This document shows, piece by piece, positions 46,697 through 64,000 of a stretch of DNA of 64,000 nucleotides. This DNA comes from the human T2T-CHM13v2.0 reference genome, Homo sapiens: the NCBI RefSeq assembly GCF_009914755.1, contig NC_060934.1; one strand, 5' to 3'. The notes below the pieces were generated by a model. That model was not told the origin of the DNA, did no database searches, and saw nothing but the letters and a program-made list of their open reading frames with translations. The first letter of the stretch is position 1, and every line of letters begins with the position of its first letter. A program made the position numbers and the translations under genes.

Positions 46697-49600
46697 TGTC
46701 ACGCAAGTCTGTGTGAAGAGAGTCCACCAACAGGCTTTGTGTGAGCAACAAGGCTGTTTATTTCACCTGGATGCAGGCAGGCTGAGTCTGAAAAAGGAGT
46801 CAGCAAAGGGTGGTGGGATTATCATTAGTTCTTATAGGTTTGGGATAGGCGTACAAAGTACCTTCTTAAGGGTGGGGGAAGAATATTACAAAGTACCTTC
46901 TTAAGGGTGGAGGACAATATATGTATCAGTTAGGGTGGGGCAGGAACAAATCACGATGGTGGAATGTCATCAGTTAAGGCTATTTTCGCTTCTTTTGTGG
47001 ATCTTCAGTTGCTTCAGGCCATCTGGATGTATACATGCAAGTCACAGGGGATATAATGGCTTAGCTTGGGCTCAGAGGCCTGACATTCCTGTCTTCATAT
47101 ATTAATAAGAAAAACAAAACAAAATAGTGGTGAAGTGTTGGGACGGTGAAAATTTTTGGGAGTGGTATGGAGAGATAATGGGTGATGTTTCTCAGGGCTG
47201 CTTCGAGCGGGATTAGGGGTGGCATGGGAACCTAGAGTGGGAGAGATTAAACTGAAGAAAAATTTTGGGGTAAGGGGTGATATTGTGGGGTTGTTAGAAG
47301 GAGCATTTGTCATATAGAATTATTGGTGATGGCCTGGATGCGGTTTTGTATGAACTGAGAAACTAAAAGGAAAATACAAGGTCCAAATAAGAGAAGGAGA
47401 ATAACAGGTATTAAAGGACTAAGAATTGGGAGGACCCAGGACATCCAAGTACAGAGTGACCAAGGGGGTTCAGCATAATTAGTTGCTTGGTTGGTGAGTT
47501 TTTGGGCTCTATCCTTGAGTTTTTTTATGTTGTCATATACCAGGCCAGGTTGATTTAGGTGAAAACAACACTCTTCATTTAAAAATATACAGAGTCCTCA
47601 TTTTTCAGCAGTGAGTAAATTGAGGCCTCAGCGATTTTGGAGGAAAGAGAAATGCAAAGCCAGCAATTGTTTGTTAAAGAACGATTAGAAATGGCTAGGA
47701 GATAGTGAGTGAGATTGATAGTGTGGTGGAGATAGCTGGGGAGAGGTAGTAGGTGGCATAAGAATGGGAACGAGAATAAGAGTGAGTATAAAAGTAAACA
47801 ATAGGACTTCATCGGGATGAAAGTGTTGGAGTGTGTCCTGTCAGCAAAGATCATCTATCCACTCCAAGAGGGAGTCAAGAGTGGAGGATTGGGGATAGAT
47901 ATTCATGATGGAAAGGAAATGAGAGGATTTAAGAGGTGGGCTAACGGCTTGTAACCTACATGGAAGAGGTTATGAAATGACAACAGAATAGAATGGGCCT
48001 GTGAGGCTGGAAGGAGATATTTTCCTTGGTTCAAGAACCATTTGCCTTGTGTGGGAAGAGATTGATAGGTGGAAACTTCAGTGGGAGAGTAAAGAGGAGT
48101 GACCAATGAGAAGGAGAAAAACTGGTCATGAGGGACAGAAGTTGGAAGCTAGCTGCTTCTTTAGCTACCTTATCAGCATAAGTGTTGCCCTGAGTGATGA
48201 GATCTGATGCCTTTTGATGGCCCTTGCAGTGAATGACTCCAGCTTCCTTTGGAAGTAAAGCAGCTTTGAAAAGAGTTTTTATTAAAAAGGCATTGATGAT
48301 GGAGGACCCTTGCATAGTGAGGAAATTTATTTCTGCCCATATAACAGCATGATGGTGCAGGATATGCAAGGCATATTTAGAGTCAGTATAAATATTGATG
48401 CGTAGTCCCTTTGCAAGAGTGATGGCCCCAGTTAAGGCAATGAGTTTGGCTTACTGAGAGGTAGTGGAGGGGGGCAGAGCAGTAGCCTCAATGATAGACA
48501 TGTAAGATACTATAGCATAGCCTGCCTTTGCTGGTGAGTGGCAATTAGGCCTGGTGGAACTGCCATCAATAAACCAAGTGTGATCAGGGTGAAGAACAGG
48601 AAAGAAGGAAATATGGGGAAATGGAGTGAATGTCAGGTGGATCAGAGAGATACAGTCATGGGGGTCAGGTGTGGTATCCAGAATAATGTGGGAGGCCGGA
48701 TTGAAGTCTGGGCCAGGAACAATGGTAATTGTGGGAGACTCAACAAAGACTGAGTATATAGCTGAAGGTGCTAGGGGGCAGAAAGTATATGCATCAAGTG
48801 TGAGGAGGAAAATAGATTTTGAAAGTTATGGGAACTGTAGAGAGTTAAGTGGAGCATAGCTTGTGATTTTGAGGGCCTCTAAAATTATTAAAGCAGCGGC
48901 AGCTGCCACACACAGACATGAGGGCTATGCTAAATCAGTTAGGTCAAGTTGTTTGGACAGAAAGGCTACAGGGCACGGTCCCGGCTCTTGTGTAAGAATT
49001 CTGACCGCACAGCCCTGTACTTCGGCTGTGTGTAATAAAAAGGGTTGGGATGAGTTAGGGAAAGCTAGTGTGGGAGCAGCTTTTAGGGCTGTTTTTTAAG
49101 GAATGGAAAGGGGAGTGGGGAAAGGATTTAGGATTTATGGGGTCAGCTAGGTTTATCTAGACTGGGTTGTGGAGGGAGGTATTGAGGATAGGAGAGTATA
49201 TGGGTTTGGCACCAAGGGGTGGATAAGCCAGACAATTTGGTTGATAAGGCACAGATCCTGAACTAAGCTGTAAGACTTGTCTGGTTTTTGGTCAGGTAAA
49301 ATGGGGGAATTGTAAGGAGAGTTTATAGGCTTTAAAAGGCCATGCTGTAATAGGCAAGTGATAACAGGCTTTAATCCTTTTAAAGCATACTGTGGGATGG
49401 GATATTGGCATTGAGCAGGGTAAGGGTGATTAGGTTTTAATGGGATGGTAAGGGGTGCATGATCGATCGTCAAGGAGGAGTAGAAGTGTCCTATACATGT
49501 GGATTAAGGTGGGGAGATACAAGGAGAGGATGTGAAGGAGGCTTTGAACTGGGAGAAAAGGCAGCAATGAGGTGTGGTTGTAGCCCAGGAATAATCAGGG

Positions 49601-51850
49601 AAGCAGATAATGTAGTTAAAATGTCTCCACCTAATAAGGGAACTGGGCAGATGGGGATAACTAAAAAAGAGTGCATAAAAGAATGTTGTCCAAGTTGGCA
49701 CCAGAGTGGGGGAGTTTTAAGGGGTTGTGAAGCTTGGCCGTCAATACCCACAACAGTTATGGGGGGCAAGGGAAACAGGCCCTTGAAAAGAAGGTAATGT
49801 GGAGTGGGTAGCCTCCGTATTGATTAAGAAGGGGACCCACTTACCCTCCACTGTAAGAGTTACGCAAAGCATCTGTGATGGTCCTATAGTCTTCCAAGGC
49901 AATCAGGCAGTGTCAGTCTTCAGCTGCTAAGCCGAGAAGATCTGGGAGGGAGTCAGTCAGAGAGCCTTGGGCCAGAGTTCCAGGGGCTCTGGGAGTGGCT
50001 GTGGGGTTGGACAGTCGGATTTCCAGTGGGGTCCTGCACAGATGGGACATGGCTTAGGAGGAATCCCGGGCTGCAGACATTCCTTGGCCTAGTGGCCAGA
50101 TTTCCAGCACTTGAAGCAAGATCCTGGGGGAGGCGGTCCTGGAGGAACAGCTGGCCACTGCGGTTCAGACGTTTTGGAATTCTTGTGTGCTGGAGATGTG
50201 GCTGGAGTTTCTCTCACAGTGGAGGCAAGTAATTGCAACTCAGAAATACGTGGCTACTTGGCTGCCTCTACTCTATTATTGTACACCTTGAAGGTGAGGT
50301 TAATTATGTCCTGTTGTGGGGTTTGAGGGCCGGAATCTAATTTTTGGCACTTGTTCTAATGTTGGGAGTGGATTGGGTAATAAAATGTATATTGAGAATA
50401 AGACAGCCTTCCTCTGGTGTCTAGGACAGTAAAGTGTCTAAGGGTTGTTGCCAAACGGGCCATGAACTGGGCTGGGTTTGTATATTTGATGAAAAAGAGC
50501 CTAAATGCTAACTGATCTGGGAGAGGTCAGAAAAAGAAAAAAGGAGCATTAACCTTGACTATGCCTTTAGCTCCAGCCACCTCCTTAAGAGGAAATTGTT
50601 GGGCAGGTGGAGGAGGGCTAGTCGCGCAACAAAACTGTAGGCCAGACCAGGTATGAGGAGGGGAGATAATAGAAAGATTATAGGGAGGGGGAGCAGAGGC
50701 TGAGGAAGAATTGGGACCTGGCTAGGCCTGGCGAGGAGCAGCCTGGGGAGAAGGGGAGAGGTCGGATGAGTCCGTAGAAAAGAAGGATTCAAAGGACTCA
50801 GAGCTTCGGGTGGAAACTGAACGAACAGACAGGAAAGAAAGAAGAAAGATTTGAGACAAGTCACATTGGGAGCTTTTCACACAGGCTAAGGGAGAAGAAG
50901 GGGAAATGGAGGGCGGAAGGTTGCCCATAGTGAAGGAGGTAAGTTTAAAGAGAAAGGTAGAGACACAGAGAAGGGGGTGGGTGAGCAGCCAAAGCAGGCG
51001 TCCCCGCAATTGACTTGCCACCAAGGGAATGTGGGTGAATGACCAAGGCAGGCGTCCCCGTGGTGATCAGACACCAATGAAATGTGGGTGAATAATCAGG
51101 CAGGCATCCCCGCAGTGATTAAACACCAAGGGAAGACTGTCTTCCCGAGTCCGTGACCGGCGCCGGAGTTTCGGGTCCACGGATAAAATGTGTCTCCTTT
51201 GTCTCTACTAGAGAGGGAAAATAACTGGAATTGGAAGGACAGGGAGATTGAAGGGTAGCGAGAGAGGAAGATTGAAGGGTAGCAAGAGAGGCTGAAGACG
51301 AGTGAAAACACCGCTTACCAGATTTGAAATTGGTGAGATGTTCCTTGGGCTGGTTGGGCTGAGGACCTGAGGTCGTAGGTGGATCTCCCTAGGGAGTGAG
51401 GGCGAGGACAGGGGACCGGTCTCCCGAAGGAGTCCTCCTGTCCCGGGTCTTCGGCACCAAATGTCACGCGGGTCCGTGTGAAGAGAGTCCACCAACAGGC
51501 TTTGTGTGAGCAACAAGGCTGTATATTTCACCTGGGTGCAGGCAGGCTGAGTCCAAAAAAGGAGTCAGCAAAGGGTGGTGGGATTATCATTAGTTCTTAT
51601 AGGTTTGGGATAGGCATACAAAGTACCTTCTTAAGGGCTAGGGGAGAATATTACAAATTACCTTCTTAAGGGTGGGGCAGAATGTATGTATCAGTAAGGG
51701 TAGGGCAGGAACAAATCACAATGGTGGAATGTCATCAGTTAAGGCTATTTTCACTTCTTTTGTGAATCTTCAGTTGCTTCAGGCCATCTGGATGTATACA
51801 TGCAGGTTACAGGGGATATGATGGCTTAGCTTGGGCTCAGAGGCCTGGCA
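46697..51850 (-). mobile_element. HERV-H provirus, internally deleted type; LTR7-family LTRs at 51462-51850 (5') and 46697-47085 (3')
   Basis: Two 389-bp LTRs and 5-bp TSD CCCAC. gag-like MGNLPPSISPSSPLAC, pro-like VVGIDGQASQPLKTPPLWC, RT-like LLKPINSPYNSPILP...VQDL, RNaseH-like VIHCKGHQKASD...GNTYAD; all disrupted, env largely absent. Confidence 0.93.
51441..51459 (-). promoter_or_regulatory. Primer-binding site, tRNA-Phe-like (TGGTGCCGAAGACCCGGGA)
   Basis: Directly downstream of the 5' LTR; matches the complement of the tRNA-Phe 3' end (TGGTGCCGAAACCCGGGA) with one extra base. Confidence 0.8.
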
Positions 51851-52838
51851 CCCACCTTTTTGGACAAACCAATGTACTTCTTAAATATATTGATTGATGT
51901 CTCATGTCTCCCTAAATGTGTAAAACCAAGCTGTGCCCCGACCCACCTTGGACACATGTCATCAGGACCTCCTGAGGCTGTGTCACAGTGTGCGTCCTTA
52001 GCTTTGGCAAATAAACCTCCTAAAATGAGACTTGTCTCATCATTTTTCTTGACTGACAGAAGCTACGCAAGACCATCTCTGCAGGCTGCTGGCAGTTCCT
52101 TGAAGAGTACAGCTTTGGGGGCTTCTTGCCAGGTGCAAAAAAACACATTCACGTTTTACAGTGTGTTAAGGATCTCTCCTGTGTCGTGTGCTCCTCCTGG
52201 TTCCACCTGACTCCCTAAGAGGCTCCAAGAGTTGAATTTGCTGGCCTATTTCGAGGGATGGCCTTGCAGAGCTCCTCATTTCCTTTCTATTTTGTCTCCT
52301 TTAACTCAGCCTGTTGCTCAACTCTTTCCCCAAATCCCCAGGAATAACCCAAGGAAGAGAAGAAAAAGAGCTGCCAGTTAAAGTCACTCCAGATTCCCAA
52401 GGCAACCTGTTCCCCTGCCCACCCCCCTGCCGCTCCCCGCGGGGAGGCAGTCCTGCCTAGCACCACAGCAGGAGAATCAGCTGTTTCCTGCCCAACCTCA
52501 GTGGCTCAGGCTGAGTCATCCTTTTCCCTGCCTGGGTCAAGGCGTGGCTTCTCCAATCCCTTACAAAATGCTTCCGCCCCAAAATGCTCAGGCCAGCCTG
52601 TTAAGGGCTGGAGAGCCAACTCATTCAGTGTCTCCTTTGAATTTCATGAATTAAAAATGACTGCACTTAAAGCCCCAAAGTGCCACTAACAGACCTGAGG
52701 TGAACCCTGTTGGCCTTTGGCAGAAACCAAACTGCCCACATGCATTAAGTCCAGCGGGAGGACTGGGGGTTGGCCAGGGCCTGGCCTCTCCGATGACTAA
52801 AGAGACATGTGAGCAAAACCAGCTGTGGTCAGCATCAT

Positions 52839-58800
<5,962 letters not shown>

Positions 58801-59511
58801 TCCCACAGTAGGCCAGCCAGAGACTTTAAATACTTGTCTAAGTTTCTTTCTTGTGGCGGCTGCAGAGCTGGAACCAGAATAAAGTTCTTTGGGCTCTACC
58901 CTGGTTATATCACACTGGACCCTAAGTGGCTACATGAACAGTTGTAGCCTCAGATATGACAGGAAGTTGCTCTTCTGCTTTGAGAGGTTGTCCAACCCTG
59001 GCCAGCCAGAGTGAATTGTCAATTTCCAAAGCCTGTTGTGGGAGGCAGAATTTCAATCCCATGACCTGGACATGCCTACCTGGATGTAGGGCCCACAGAA
59101 ATTGTGGGATAATAAATGGGTGTTGTTTTAAGTCACTGACTTGGCAGTCATTTGCCATGGTAGCAACAGAAAAACAAATACGCATGACCAAATGCTCAGC
59201 ATAAGCTCCATCCTGCCCACTCCTCCTCACCATCCTGTCATGACCACTCTCAGACCTGGCCACCACTCCCACCATCAATTGTCCCTTTTGAGTCCTCTGT
59301 GAAAACTGTTCTTTTAATGCCCAGTCCAGACATTCCTGAGTGCAGCTCCAAGTTCATATTAAGCTGCCAGGATAGGAAGGCATTGGGCCCATTCTCTGAC
59401 GTCGGGATGCTTGATGATGGCATCCCATCCCTTCTGTCTGTGAGATACCCCGTGGAAAACTCTCAGATCAAAGAACTAAGGTTGCCAGGTGAGATACAGG
59501 ATGCCCAGTTA

Positions 59512-59901
<390 letters not shown>

Positions 59902-60159
59902 TCATTTTTTTTTCAAGACTGATAACCCTAAAGAGAGCAGACATTAAGACTAGAGTATTCTAGAGCAAGTAAAACTTACCAGGAAAGTAGTAAGTCGTGA
60001 CCTAAAGTTGATCTAGCCTCCCCCTTCTGGGATTGGTGCCCTTTTGTTCCTGCCACCACCAAATCTGATATCAGAAAAGGATCTTAGGTCAGATGCTTAC
60101 ACTTCAGTGGGGATTTTTTTGTCAGCAGGGGGTGCCTACATCTTTAAACCTGTATTCTT

Positions 60160-61230
<1,071 letters not shown>

Positions 61231-61369
61231 TTTTTGAATCTTAATATTGTTATATTTAATATCACTTGATCCTCTCAGTTTCATTCTAGAGAGGACGAAT
61301 CTCACGGAACTGACATGGCCCAGTACTCCCGTGCTTCGGGACATCGTCTGGTCAAGAACGTCCCCTTTG

Positions 61370-63650
<2,281 letters not shown>

Positions 63651-64000
63651 ACCAAGTCACTTAACAGGAGTATTGCTCGCTAGAGACAGCACAGCCTAAC
63701 CTCCTCACCGAGGACTGTGGGATCTGCGTGCAGAAGCATTTTCTTTCTCTGATACAAGTTGCTGTGAGAAGCAAAAATTAAACTCCAACTAACACCAGAT
63801 GATGACCTTCAAAATGTTCTCTTGAATGACAGAAAGCTCGCATGACATCATGTCCTTCCCTTCGGTTTATTCCTGTTGTTGTTTTTGACTCCTTATCTGA
63901 TTTCTAAGTTTGCTCCCTCATTCAGCCTTATCTTATCTGAAATGGATCCGTGAAGTAAAAACAATTTCCTGTGGTTTTTACCTTGTTTTTCCTCTAACTA

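Larger units (their letters stand above)
46464..52058 (+). mobile_element. MER4A-type solo LTR split by HERV-H (46464-46696 and 51856-52058)
   Basis: tgtgaaaggaaaatc start, ...gactgaca end, 4-bp TSD GAAG at 46460-46463 and 52059-52062. Confidence 0.8.

Overview
Primate (human-like) genomic DNA, very rich in repeats, with no intact protein-coding gene visible. It contains a 5'-truncated L1PB-type LINE (138-5079), about 50 Alus, a THE1 solo LTR and a complete THE1D/MaLR element. It also has a full-length RPS4X processed pseudogene with target-site duplications (TSDs), several ERV1 solo LTRs (MER52, MER57, MER4, MER61 and others), an internally deleted HERV-H provirus with a tRNA-Phe-like primer-binding site nested in a MER4A LTR, and a complex duplicated (TTC)n/(GAA)n tract. 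The most notable structure is a ~4 kb TSD-flanked, A-tailed retrocopy (20867-24847, minus strand) of a chimeric transcript. In it, the RAB18 5'UTR plus spliced exons 1-2 join the ANTISENSE strand of PTCHD3 exon2-intron1-exon1, giving a 42-aa P-loop-only RAB18 mini-ORF. Repeat subfamily names and gene exon boundaries come from recalled reference sequences, not database searches.
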